DNA from: Oopsacas minuta
Taxonomy: Eukaryota; Animalia; Porifera
Direction: 5' to 3'
Assembly (NCBI GenBank): GCA_024704765.1
Contig: JAKMXF010000009.1
Location: 1-64,000, forward strand
DNA: 64,000 bases
Shown: positions 11,815 through 25,700 of the stretch, one piece after another
Position numbering within the stretch: the stretch's first letter is position 1
Layout: every line of letters begins with the position of its first letter
Notes under the pieces: generated by a model
The model's database searches: none
Told to the model about the DNA's origin: nothing
The model's input: only the letters and a program-made list of their open reading frames with translations
Program-made: the position numbers and the translations under genes

Positions 11815-13155
11815 CAGTCTGTCAAGAGACTTTCGTGTAATTGTGTATATTGTCAGAATTTTTCATTTGCTATGGTTAGATATGAAGCGCATTTGTTTTC
11901 TGATTCATTTTACATGGATATCTAGTTACCATTAGTGCATTGATTCTAGAATATACGAATAACCTATCAGTCTGTCACTTAGCATATACATTCCCGAAAT
12001 ATCTGCTATATTCCCATAGACCGCTCCAATATCAGTTTTAGGCTCATATTTGTCTTTTAGTGTCGAAATACGTAATCAGTATAGTGGAGTTAGAACGAAG
12101 AGACCTCATCCATAAATTTTTCGAGGTGAGGGTTACAAGTGGTAGCGAAATACATCAGCGAACAGCTATCCCGAGGAGCACTGTTTTCCGCATATTAGCC
12201 TAATTTCGTCAGGGCGGTGATATACAGAGGAAATCAGGAACCGGAAAATAGAGAATATTACATGTGAACGTGCTAGATCTCTTGTAAGCCTGGCAAATCA
12301 GAATCGCAAGATGTCCATACGAAAATTAGCCAGGCAATTCAATCATTTTCGTCAGAAAATTTTATCCCATGAGACGGTCAGGAAGGAATTACAGAGGAGA
12401 GGGTACACCCACAATGTTGCAAGGAGTATTCATATGCTAACGGATCGACACAAATAACAATGAGTATTGTGGGCTAAGAATAACAATCAAACTGACTGAG
12501 CGAGTTGTTTTTAGCGATGAGATGTCAATTTGGCTAGCTGTGGCGGAATAAGGCTGTGGTGCAAAGGGGGCCAACAAGCGGTCCAGCTAAGCAACAAACA
12601 TAGTGTAAAATTACATGTTTGGCGAGCAATTTCTGCTCATGAGCCTTTTTTTTAAGGTTTTTAGGCAGAACCTCACCGGAGAATTATATACGAACATCCT
12701 AAGCGAGTGCCTGATTACACAAGCTCAGGTATTGTACTCTGAAGGGTGGGTCTTTCAGGAAGATAACGATCCAAAGCACACGTCAAAGGCTGCTAAGACA
12801 TTCCGTGAAAGTCATGATATATTTCGTATAGAATGGCCTGCTTGTGGCCCAGATCTAAACCCGATCGAAATTTGGGTCTTGGATCAAACAACAGATCGAT
12901 TTGAACCCTCCTCATAATCTTAGTCGACATGAAGAAACCCTTCTCTCTATTTGGGATTCTATAGAACTCGAATTTTTGAGACCTTATTGGCAATCTATGC
13001 CAAACCTCAGAAGTTATTGATCCAGAGTAATGGCTTTAATCAAATATTAGCCTATAGACACGTTGTAATAAATCTACTCGTATGTCGAGGCTTGTGATGA
13101 TTATCTTTTAGAAACTTAGGTTAAAACATAGTATCAATTTCATCTTGACACACTG
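11815..13155 (+). mobile_element. Degenerate Tc1-family (DD34E) transposon
   Basis: TA-flanked TIRs CAGTCTGTCAAGA / rc CAGTGTGTCAAGA. Transposase fragments VVFSDE, WVFQEDNDPKH and WPACGPDLNPIE, with many stops and frameshifts. Confidence 0.85.
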
Positions 13156-13469
13156 TACCAGTGTAGATTAATTACAGAATGACATGCTCGGAGAAATTCT
13201 GTTTTGACTCACTCAATTATTAGGACAGTTCTTCTCACGATCTGTAAGATCCGATACGAATAGACAGGATATCTTACAAGCTATTTGGGCAAGGTCACCA
13301 AGTATTATTGTCGAAAAGAGGGAAGGGATTCATTCAAGATTTAGAAAGTTTGGTCCCTGGCATGTAAAATCTACAATCGAATATTGGTTATCACTTATCA
13401 GATAGCACAACACTGTTAATTCTACCCATTAACTATATATGCTGATACATACAATATTTAATATAAATG

Positions 13470-14279
13470 GCAAGCCCAAATTTATCAGAAAATACAATTG
13501 AAGGAAGATCAAATGATAGTCTACAATAATAAGTTATTCCCGGTTATAGCAACTGGTACATACTCTGAATAGTTTTCTACAACTCTTGGAGTGTTTAATA
13601 GCCCTGAGTCAATCGCAATTCACTCTGAAACAAATGATGTGTATATTCGTGATGCTGATAATGATCGGATTCAAGTATATGATGAATCTTTAAAATACTC
13701 GTTCATGTTAAATCAATGAATGCATAGGCCATGTTGGATTTGTATTAGTCTCAACAACGTGATGTAACACAGTATTTTGCTCGTTCTCTCAAGCTTTACT
13801 CCACAGAGGTAAATTCATTATTCTATAGGAAGTTTAGGGAAGAATTAATTGGAATTTGATTTCCCAACAGGAGTTGCTGCATCAAATAGATATACATTTG
13901 TGAAAGTTGCAATAATATAGTTCAATGTTTGAATTTGAATCTAACTTTCAATTCATTTATATCTGCAATCCTAACACCACAAGACATCAAGTTGACCTCA
14001 TCGGAAATCTTCGTGTCCACATGTTTCGATTATTACGCTATTCATGTCTACGATTATTGTCACGCTCTGACAAGGAAGATTATTGGTTTATTGGTTAATC
14101 CTTACAATTTCTGTCCGGATGAAGAATTGAAGAACATTATTTTACCAGACTTATCGTTTAATTATGTGAACATATACTCTAACAGAGATTTGCTACACAA
14201 GTTTGAGATGAGAGAAAATGAGAATAGAGGAGTTGATATGGATTCTAAACATAGAATTATTTTAGTTTCCTACAAATGA
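13470..14279 (+). pseudogene. Decayed NHL-repeat gene
   Basis: Fragments GVFNSPESIAIHSETNDVYI, DNDRIQVYD, EFDFPTGVA, TPQDIKLTSSEIFV and RGVDMDSKHRIILV, with multiple stops and frameshifts. Confidence 0.75.
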
Positions 14280-15030
14280 CTGTATTCAAATGAGTAAATA
14301 ATCCAATTTTCTCTCAACTTTCATCTCTCCTTCTTATATTCAATAGCTTTAATATTTTCATGCAGTTATCGCATCGGGAAAATATCTAGACAGCGATAAG
14401 TAAAATATTTGTACTCAACTTCAAATTAGGCTGGAAGGGCAGAGCCGTATCTAACATCTCCTCTTTTGGGGTACCTGTGTGGATATATGATGTACCCCTA
14501 TGATTTGTAGGTATGAAATGTGTGTTTGTAAGTATAACGGTTATTACAATGTATAATTTACAGGTCTAACACACTGAATCAAAACCAGAAAGACTTTAAC
14601 CTAACAAAATCTCAATTATTAATACTAGTTGCAATTTCAGGCCCATAATAATCTTTTGATCCCAAAGAATTCCAAATATTTTACTATAAGCAACCCCAAT
14701 TAGAAATTAATAGCATCCTCACTAATAATTGCCCATGGGTTGCTAGCAACCCAATAGCTACGCCTATGCCAAGGGTCTGTCATTCTAGATGTTAGGTATT
14801 TTTGGAGGCGAAAGTCACCGAGTGCAAATAAACAATGGGATACAAAGCTACCTTTTTGTGCTAATTAGTTTCAGATCGATCCTGGAGGCTAGTAATGATA
14901 CTAAGAAAATCGAGTGAATTATTTAATTCGATGACAAATATTATTACGTATATTCCCCACCTAAGTAGCCGGAAGAGTCAAAAAGCAACAGATTATGTAT
15001 AGTATACGGATCGTTAATAATGTGATACTG

Positions 15031-18000
15031 TTACAAGTCTAAAATACGAATAATGAGTTCAACAATTCTCAGTGCAAACGGGGGAGGTTTTTCTAGCAAA
15101 GATACAATCTGAACGTATAGATTAGATTCCTTCCAAACAGGTGATACAGTAGTAGCTCCCTGCTTAGCTACTTCAAGCATTTCCTGAGCAGATAGAGACA
15201 GAATATCTCTCTCATGTCCACTTCCAGATTTATTGTATTTCTTACACCAGACTAGCTCACTGATACAAATAATAGTTCGTTTATACTCATCAACAGATGT
15301 CGTGACGTAAGCAAGCTGTTCTTCTAAGTCTGTGTTGTCTTCTCCCCCGAATAGGTCAGATAGATGGTCTATCTGTGTCTTAGCTGCTCTCAGTAGCTGA
15401 AGCTTCCTACTGCACTCAGTCTGAGATTGATTAAGCTGCTGAGTATGTGATAATAGAGCTATATTTGCTTGTTCCAATTCATGTGTACAACTATCTCTCT
15501 CCTCATATGCTCGTGCTAGCTGCTCCTTAATTAGTCCAGATTTGTTGTTAATGCTAGAATTAGCATCAGTGAGTCTTCTAATCTCAGTAGTCTGCTTTCT
15601 AATTAGCTCTTCATTGGATTGTATAGTAGATTTCATCTTTTGAGTTTGTTCTCTCATATCTTCTAACAAATGTCTCTTCTGTGCTAAATTCTGTTTGTAC
15701 TCTTTATCCTTTCTAAGACCAGACTCTGTCATAGAGTCCAGCTGAGATTTCTTCTCCTGCAGGTCTCTATTCAGTCTGTATAGTGTACTAGCTTGTCTGG
15801 AACACTCATCACTAGATGATTTAAGACGTGCTTCTAATCTGGAGAAGATAGCACTATTCTCTGACTCCTTATCCTCTAGTCCTGACTGTATAGTCTCCTG
15901 TAGTGTAGTATTAGCTTGCCTCAGTATAAGAACTTCTGAGGTAAGGGAGTTGTACTCAGCTTGAGAAACCTTCAGTTTGTATATATTCTCAGATAGCTGT
16001 GTTTCTAATACAGATACTCTCTCTTGTTCATCTTCCAGACAGGACTTAAGATGAGATCTTGTATCAGTCACTACTTCTACCTGTCTGTTGAGGGAGGCTA
16101 TACGTTTCTGTAGACTCCTAACTTCACTAGAGTTCTTCAGTTTGCTAGGCGTATGAGTTGTAGTAAGTAGTGTAGTTTGTGTACTGACGTGTCTTAATGG
16201 CGGATACTGCTTAACCAGCTGTTGTATAGTTTGTGATGAGATAGAGCGAGTTGAGTAATTTAGTGTATCTGTCTGACACACGTGAGTAGTGTATGTAGGT
16301 TCTCTTAACATAGTATTTATATCATTTTCTCTCTCAATGATAATTTTATCTTTCCGAACTATTTCCATCTCACACTCCTGTAACCTAGCAGATAACTGAT
16401 TATACGCATTGACTAGTTTCTGATGCTCATTAGCCCATTCCTTACGCCCTCTCTCCAGATCTAATAAACATTCTTCTAACTCTTCTATCTTTAGCTCAAG
16501 AGAATACTTCCTCTCCAGGGGACTACCCTCACTACTAGATATGTCAGAATCACTATTGATAGTGTGTAGACTAGCTAGTCTAGCTATAATGCTAGCTCTG
16601 TCTTGCTCTACAGAATACATTAGCTCACTGACTACACTTTCTATGTGGAGTTTATCACATCTCAGCTGATCTATACTCTCTTCTAAAGATGTTATAGTCT
16701 CAGTAAGCCTAGCATTCTCTTCTTGAGATAACTTGTAGTTCTCCTGTACCTGAAGACATAACGACAAATTATTACGTATTCTATGCAGTAAACTCGGATA
16801 TGACCTACCCCCTCGGGATGTTAGTAAGTCTTATCCGAATTTCTTTCGGATCAATTAGTACAAGAATAGAAAATCTATATACCGTATATTACAGGACAGG
16901 TTATGGCAAGACCAATAAATTTGCTTCTGCCGCGGCGGGTCTGCTGTATAAATGATATAAATACCTCCGTTTGTGAACACCTCAAATAGTGACAATATTT
17001 TTTGGTCCCGAATGCCGAAGGTGTTTATTACGGAGGTTTGACTATTACAAAACAGTACTTATGAATGTAAGTCTACGTATCTATTAACAGTATCTTTAGA
17101 ATTATCCTAACCAGCTTTTCACAGTAACAAAGCAAATATAATAATTTAATTTTCTCTATTCAATTGATTCGCAATATAACATAAAGACACTAGTACAATA
17201 TTAAATAGTATAGGAAGAGACATAGGGACAATTTCAAAATGTTAGAAGTAATGGAATTATCAATTATAATGCAATTTCAATGGAAAACGAATAAACAACC
17301 TAATTCGAGTGGAGCTAAACAATTTGTATTGGGTGTAGTATACGAGAGTTAGAGTTAATCTTCTGGGTCAAACAGTATGTTATTGTATACGGGCGGGGAT
17401 AGAGACCCAATATTCTTAATAATATCTCTACTGTAACGGAGTTCTAATGCATTAACTTCATCAGTCATTTTCCTGGTGAGTGCGAATAGAGCAGGACTCA
17501 ATAGAGTCTGGTGTATGTTATTCTCTACGACAGAGAGATTCATTGTTATCTGATCCCTCGTTAGTTTAGGAGCAGGGAGACCGTATGCTTGAGGCATGAA
17601 CCGCTTTAGGAGGTTGGTTACTTCAAAGGGTACAACTTGTACCTCTTCACAGTTAGGTAGACGGACACAGGGTAGAGGTGTACGTATACTGGGGCGGGCT
17701 TCTTGAGGGAGACAGAGATAATCAGCTGTTCCTAGTCCAGTAGAGAACGTGAGTCTGTATACAGACTTCTCGCCTGGTATGACAGACTTATCCATGGTTT
17801 CAGAACGTTTGAAGCAGGGCTGAGGTCCTTTCTGAACAAGCTTAAACACAATACCGAGTCCACATTGTCCCTCTGTGTGTACGAGACGTGTACCCACTAA
17901 ATATGCCCCTATGTTAGTCTTACGGTCCTCCAGACTCTTAATAGCCTCCTCTTCAAGATCTCCACTAGCTACTACCATCAGGGTTCTCACCCAGGATATT

Positions 18001-21000
18001 TGAAACAGAACTGCTGTTTTTGTGAACACATCACGAATGTGTTCAGCTAAAGTGAACAGGTCACCAGAATCTATTCTAACTCCTACAGCTCTATAGCCAG
18101 CCTCTGCTAGAGCAAGACACACCGCCAGGAAGTTAGGCAGACCGGAGTGATTAACGTTATAAGTATCAATAACAGGTAGAAAGGAGGAAGGAAAGGAATA
18201 AGAGAATGCTATAAACGATAGAAGTTCACTAAAATTAGTCTTACTGTTAGGTAGCAGACCACACACAGACTTAATCTTATCCAGATAGAACATACTCCTG
18301 TTAACCAGGTGTACCTGCTGAGGAGAGTCCTTAGAGATGAGGAGACATCTCTCTACAGAGCTAATATCCATACCAGTGTGTGCACTGATGTAAGCATGGG
18401 ACATAGTGCCTCTGGTAGGGATATTATATAGCTTACCAGCTAGCAGGTTAGAAGTAGAGTCAAATCCTCCAAGGTAGGCAGCACGAGAGGCAGTGAGACC
18501 TCCGTTAGGCCCCGGGGCTCTTCGGTAACCTCCTTCAATCAGTCTCTTGTCAGGACAGCGTAATCTGATACGAGAAGCCTTCGTGCTTACCAATGTAGAG
18601 TAGTCTATAGCATTTATAACAGAAGTTTCTAAAAGCTGAATTAGCCCTAAGGGGCCGCGTATTATCCCTATTGGTACTCGGGGGTGTATTAGAGTACCCT
18701 CTGGTACGAAGAATAGATTCAGAGCTGCAGTATTGAGAGACTGGAGATAGGAAAAGAATTCATTTTCAATGTAAGGAGGCATTACTCGTTTTAGATAATC
18801 AATGTCATCTTTTTGGAAAGAAAAGCTAGATATGAAGTCTAAGCACTCTACCAATCCTGTGAATATAGCGAAGTTTCCTTTGTAAGGATATTTCCGGAAA
18901 GATATCTCAAATACAGCTTCATCTTCATGTCTATCATGTTTCCAATAAGAATAACACATTGTTATTTCGTAGAAGTCTGTTGATAGACCAGAGATAGTGG
19001 AGGAGAAGTTGGTAGAGTTAGGAGCTGCCATTCCGCTAATTTATTATAAATAGTATGATTTAAATCAAGAAATAAATAATATACGTAGTAAAGGTAAACA
19101 TTGTAAGCGATACATCTAAAATTCTCACAAAAAATTCTCTGTAATCCTTATTTCTACATATGCAATTATATTATCAGTCAGATTAAGTGAAGTCTGATTT
19201 ATATTATCTCTATAGAATAATTTGCATATATTTCCCCCTGTACATACAGTGTCGGTCAAAAAGAATTGCTCAAGATGAATGTATACAGTATAGTAAATGT
19301 CAAATTGTATACACTGACCAGATAGTTGAATTCTTGCGAAACCATACTCAGCCATATGTATTTTGAAAATAACACACCACACAGCTAATCCACTCATTAT
19401 ATTTGCACAACTTGCAGTTTTTATTTTGTATTCCTTTTTTTTTTCCAATTTATCTGTTTTTATCGAATTTTCAATGCCTTCTTAACCCCGAATTTCCATT
19501 GAAAATCGAGCCAACCTGATACTACTTTCAGAAAGTGGCCATACTCAGAGGGAGGTAGCTAAAATGGTTGGGTGTAGCCAAAAAAGTGTAGCCGAGATCC
19601 TTAAGAAACACAGGCTGACTGGTACGGTAAGAAACCTCGCTATTCCGGGTAGGCCTCGTGTCACAACCAAAAGGCAAGACAATTTATTGGTCAGAAAATG
19701 CAAAAAGGATCGATTTAAGACTGCTATTCAGATCAAAGCTGAAGTGTTATCAGAATATTCGATAAAACTTTCCACTTCAACAGTTCAGAGAAGGTTACGA
19801 GGGGCTGGACTGTTCGGACGAAACCGCGAAGGAAGCCCCGCCTTACTATCAAGCACAAAAGAGACCGACTTTCCTTCACAAGATCGCACAAGTGTTGGAA
19901 TACTGAAGAATGGGCAAGAGTGGTGTTCAGTGACGAATCTAGGTTCCTACTGTATACTAATGACGGGAGAGCCTACATCAGGAGGATGAAAGGGGAGGAG
20001 TTCTCAGGGAGGTGTCTTCAAAAACTTGCAAGTTTGGTGGAGGTGACATCATGGTTTGGGGATGGTTTTGCTGGAGTGGCGTAGGACTCTTGTGGAAAGT
20101 ATCTGGGAACCTTAAGACAATTCCTACATTGATATATTGGAAAATGCACTAATCCCAAGCGTTGATTTGCATTCTCTACACTCTGGATGGACCTTTCAGC
20201 AAGACAACGCCCCATGCCATAGGTCAAAGGGTACTAAGCAATGGTTTGGTGAGCAAAAAATAGAGGTTATGAATTGGCCTGCTCAGTCACCTGATCTAAA
20301 TCCGATTGAGAATGTTTGGGATCACATTTCCCTCAGAATTCAAGAGAAAAGCCCATCCAACCCACTCAGAGTTGTGGAATGCCATATTAAGCACTTGGGA
20401 TAGCATCGACATTAACAGGCTCCATACTCTAATTGAGAGTTGCCGCAAAGATGTAAAGCCGTAATTCAAGCAAGAGGAAGTTCTACTAAATACTAACAAC
20501 AATTTACTTGATTATAATAAAGCATTATAGTTAAAATCAGTCATAGATATAAGAAATTGGGGTAAATTTATTCTGAGCAATTCTTTTTGACCGGCACTGT
20601 ATATTGGATGTAAAATAAATCTAACATATTCTGGAATATTCCAGACATGGCAAATTGTTGACATTCAAGGAATTATTATAATTAAGTATTAGTCAGCAAA
20701 GAAGTTAATAATTATCTGAATTTTAATTATTAATGAGGTAAAAAGTTAAGTCATATTTGGTAATTGCCAACATCTCTCATAACAATGACGCTGGGATCTT
20801 CTAATCATAGTAAATCCCTCATGTACTGGAGCATGGAGAGAGATGATTATTATAACAACTACGACAAAAAAAAATTTGGATTTCTACCTTCTAAATCAGT
20901 TAAAATAAGGCCTGGACCCATATCTCAGAAATAACATTAACTCTTTGGTAAGCAGGTATTTCCAAACCACCTGTCAAAATACATTTCATTATCGAATAGA

Positions 21001-22713
21001 GATGTTAGTCACATTTTGTGGTCGCTGAGAAACGAGGTGTGAAAATGCAGCAAAATTTAGGGGAAAAGACCTGAAATTGAGGAATATATTTTGAGCTGAT
21101 TAGAAAATCGTGGACCTCAGAACAGAGGTTTAATTAACTGAATGGATCATGATCAGTATACTTTTTGTTACCTCCAATTAATATATTGACCGGGCCAGGA
21201 CTGACCTAACTAATGCCCATTAATTGTTGTTGAAAAATCTCTGGAAAAGATTCTTCATTTGAGAAATATAGGTCGGGGAGTCGTACAATATCTACTATCT
21301 AAGTGAATCATCTACCTATCTAAATCTAACACCGGTTACAATGGGGTTACAATCAACTTTAGAAAATTGGAGAGATTTTCCGAGATGTGGAATTAGAGCG
21401 ACGATGCGAATTGTATTAATGATGGTCGGGCAAGGCATGCTCAGATGTGACTGTAAAGAAAATTGTAACCGTAAGAAGTGCCAATGCTATCGAAGTGGAG
21501 AATATGTTGTCATAAACTTCCAAAACCGGATGTGCAAAAACCACGATTGATTCAGTATATAATTTGTTTTATATATTAGAATGCTGAATGGTTAGATTTA
21601 TTCAGCTACAAATTTCTCTAGTATGGAATTAGTGTAGTAGTAATCTCAAATATCTGCGATTATAATTTGAAATAGATTTTTCCATACAATTAAATGAAAT
21701 CAGAGGAAAGTTGGGAGATGTGAAATGTTTCAATATTAGAAGAGCAACGTTCAAAGCCGATAAATGAAAGTTAATATGCTCAAAATACTATAAACATAAA
21801 ATAAATTTTTCCAAATTCGAAAATCTATCTGTCGATTATATGACGTGAACAAATTCCAAAATGTTCATTTTATACAATCAACATTTGAAATAGGTTCATT
21901 TTACATTTGATAGGTATAATTAATTATATGTTTGTATGTTCGGAATTGATTGAAGAAACTGGAAGACTCCCAGGGCTGATTTTCGGCATACAGGGGTATT
22001 TTGGGCCTGGCTCGGACAGGTTCGAGTCTTGAGCGAAAGTCCAAACCTATGACGAAATAATGATGTCATTGTCACCCATTTGGATTTCCGAAAAATCACA
22101 TTATTTGCCACTGCTCAGCCAATATGCATGTTAGATGGTTGAAATTGAATCACAGGTAATATGCCACATGTTCATGATTTTGGCCAAATGCAAACTCATC
22201 ATGGGATCATCATGACTGTACGAAAAAGTCAAAATTCCCCGAATTTCGATATTTTGAGAATTTCATAATACTCGTGACACGAAGTGCGCAGACTACTAAC
22301 CAAAAGTCACGTAGTAGCCCCAGTGTCACTACAGAAGGCCATTAAACACTATTTGGATGGACCATGGATAACAAAATCTTAAAATTTCTGTTATTTTATA
22401 CACTCGAGGTACGAATTACCGAGCATACCAAGTCGCGTAGCGACCAAATGCATTTAGAATTTAGCTATCGAGTATACTACTCTATAAGCAACAGAGCAGT
22501 CTATAAGCCTGGCACATTCATATTTGAATTGTTTAATATGTTAACAATATACTGCACTAACCGAAGTAACCTCACAAAAGCTGGCGATGATAATAAAATA
22601 CAAACTATACAGTGTTTAATATTTGTAATTCATCGGGTTAAACTTAATCAACCTAACATCAATTTAAACCTGATCAATCTGACCGTCTCTTATGGGTATG
22701 AATAATTATGACC

Positions 22714-22790
<77 letters not shown>

Positions 22791-25700
22791 AGTACAAAAA
22801 TTGTTTATACAATAGAAATGACAAAATGAGTTTTAAGAATGACGACAGTATATATTAACAGTTATGACATGTCTAGTCTTAATAATGAATATACAGGCTT
22901 TCGCACTAAATGGGTTCAATCTTTCCAACATATGGTAACCAACTAGTTATATATTACTATAACTCAACTTTTACCATGTTGAGTGTTCAGTATATATGAG
23001 TAGTATGTACTGAATTTGAATGATTCAAGTAACGCCCATTGTAACGTTTTCATAGTACATTCTGTATGGTAATACGTAGTTCTCAATTAGCAAAGGAAAT
23101 TGATGCAAAATACGAAGAGGCGAACTCCACTGTAACTTATTTATTCCTGGTTTAATCCTTGCTATCATCCAAATCTGAGCCGAACTATTCAACCAACATT
23201 GTCTCAGATGTTTTCACGATATGAATAAATATAAATGTATAATAGGCAATTATTTGTATTTTGCAGATTTCAAATATTTTCGGTAAGCATATTTAACCTC
23301 CTCAGCTGTGTGTCACCTGCTCAAACTATTAAAATGTTATTAACTAACACCATAATGGTATACATAACAAGAGTAATCCTAAGTATTACACAAGATTAAT
23401 CCTATTTTGATCATATAACTTTGATCTTGTCCTCGCAATTCTTATGTATTTATGTACTACTTATGTATTAAGCTGAACACTTAAGAAATCTACATTGTTG
23501 GATTTCATTATGAGCAGTTGGGCTTCAGTCCTCAAATGATGTGAAAAGTAAGGTCTAATTTATGATTATATACGTGTATAACAAGGAAATGTATTAACTC
23601 ACTCAGGTGGAACGAAAGCGATCTAGCGTTGATTAATGTAACTACAGTCAGGGACTCTTATTGTGAACATTCTCCAAATAGTTTTAGCTGGCGTTATGAG
23701 TCATCATTCGTTGAGTAATCAACAAATATAATTTCCCTAATAATCTCAAAGGATAGATCATAAGCTTATTAAAAACTAAAGAATTAGAATCTAGAATTAC
23801 AGAATGTAAAGATAGCAGACTAATATTAGGAAATATATTTTAACTAATTTACATTGCGTAGATTTACAAGAGTGAACTCTCTTTGAATTTTATTTATGTA
23901 AGGGGAATGGAGTACCAAATGTTTTGATGTAAGACTTCGTGTAGTAATAGCGATAAATGTGAACACAAGAAATGGGAGGTCTTTTGAACATCAAAGTAAT
24001 ATAAATACTATCTATGGGGACAATTTATAAAGATAGAAAAAATACGGACGTGGACATGTGACCCGTAGGTATACTGGCAAGACAAATTTGAATATATAAT
24101 ATATCAAAGAAATAATACGGATATTAAACTATAGCTTATTACATAATTAGATAGATAAATAGTTTTAAAATCGAAAAGTTCATTTGGTAGTAAATATGAC
24201 AATCCCTCCTACATACTTCCGATATCAATTGTATTAGTAATTAGCGATGTTATCAATAAGCATATTGTGTACTCTGTTTCTAAGTAATAATGGGATACAA
24301 TTGTACTGAGTAGACCAGTCAAGTTATTCATCTTGGCATGGGAATACTGTATATAGGGTTGGCGTGATTACATAAAGTTTGACAAGGTTTAGCGTTTAAA
24401 TAGCATGCAAGAACCTATGAATAATTCAACCTTCAATGTAAGTGCTATTTAATATAATTACTCACTAACCTTTGCATGTGTCTCATAAGTGATAGTTAGT
24501 GTTGAATCTACAGGAACCCTCTCATTCAGTGCTCTCTCTTCTACGTCATTCTGCTTCTGTACAGATAGCATTGAATCAGGTGCATATGTGCTCAGCTGAT
24601 CTTTCAGCAGTTTATGAGCAGTTTGTAACTCTTTATACCGAGCCAGACGTCTGTCGTGTGATATCTTGAGCTGGTTGAATTCAAGAGTTTTACTCTCTAG
24701 CAATTGTACTACAACCTCTGAACTCATGTCAGAACCCAGAGAGAGTAGGTCACGAGTTGTTTGAGTATCAGTTTCACAATGTTGCATCTGTGTAATATTT
24801 AGTTTGAAGATCTCTAGCTCTTTCATATGCTCCTTAAGGTGAGTATTTTCGCGTTCCAGCTCCATAACCTTGTTATTTAGCAGTTCATTGAGAGATTTAG
24901 TATTTTTCAAATCCTCTTCTTTCTTTTTGAGATTATCTCCCAGATGTTTGACAAGTGATCGGGTCTCATTGTTACACAACTTATGTCTCTCTCCCTCAAC
25001 CACACACTCCTTTAACTGACTTCTCATATCTTCATTCTCTCTATTAACCCTCTCTAACTCTACTTCCCTCTGTTCTAATTTATCTCTGTTACAGCTGAGT
25101 AACTCATCCAATTCACGAGTAGCATCTACTCTCTGATTACACTCCTCATTAACTTCTTTCAGCTGTTTACCGAATTCATTCAATTCCTCTTGCATATTTC
25201 TCCTTCTAGTTTCTCCAGCAAGAACATGAGATGACAGACTGCTATTCTCCAGCGCCAGACTACGCATCTTATCTGTCATTTCATTGATTTGTTCCTTGTA
25301 TATATGTTCTTGAGTACTGAATTGTTGTTGTAAAACTCCAAACTCTGTCTCAACCCTATTATTCCTCTCCTTAAGACAAATGTACATCTTCTCCATCTCC
25401 TGATATCCTGGTATACTGCTATTAGCTGTAGACAGATCAGCTACAGCTGTAGCTAATTCAGAGGTAAGCTGCTGGTTCACAGACTGCAATCTATTTCTCT
25501 CTTCTCTCTCCTCCTCAAGACTCTTATTCAACTGCTGTATCTCTTCACTCAGTTTATCGAACTCATTCTCTTTCTCTTGTCCGTATGCGAGTAGATGGTC
25601 TAGTCTCTGCTGGTGATTGATCTTCTCACGTTGTACTACCATCTCTATAGCAGCGTTAAGATCAGGATTATTCTTCTGGAGTTTCTTCCATAGTCCCCAC

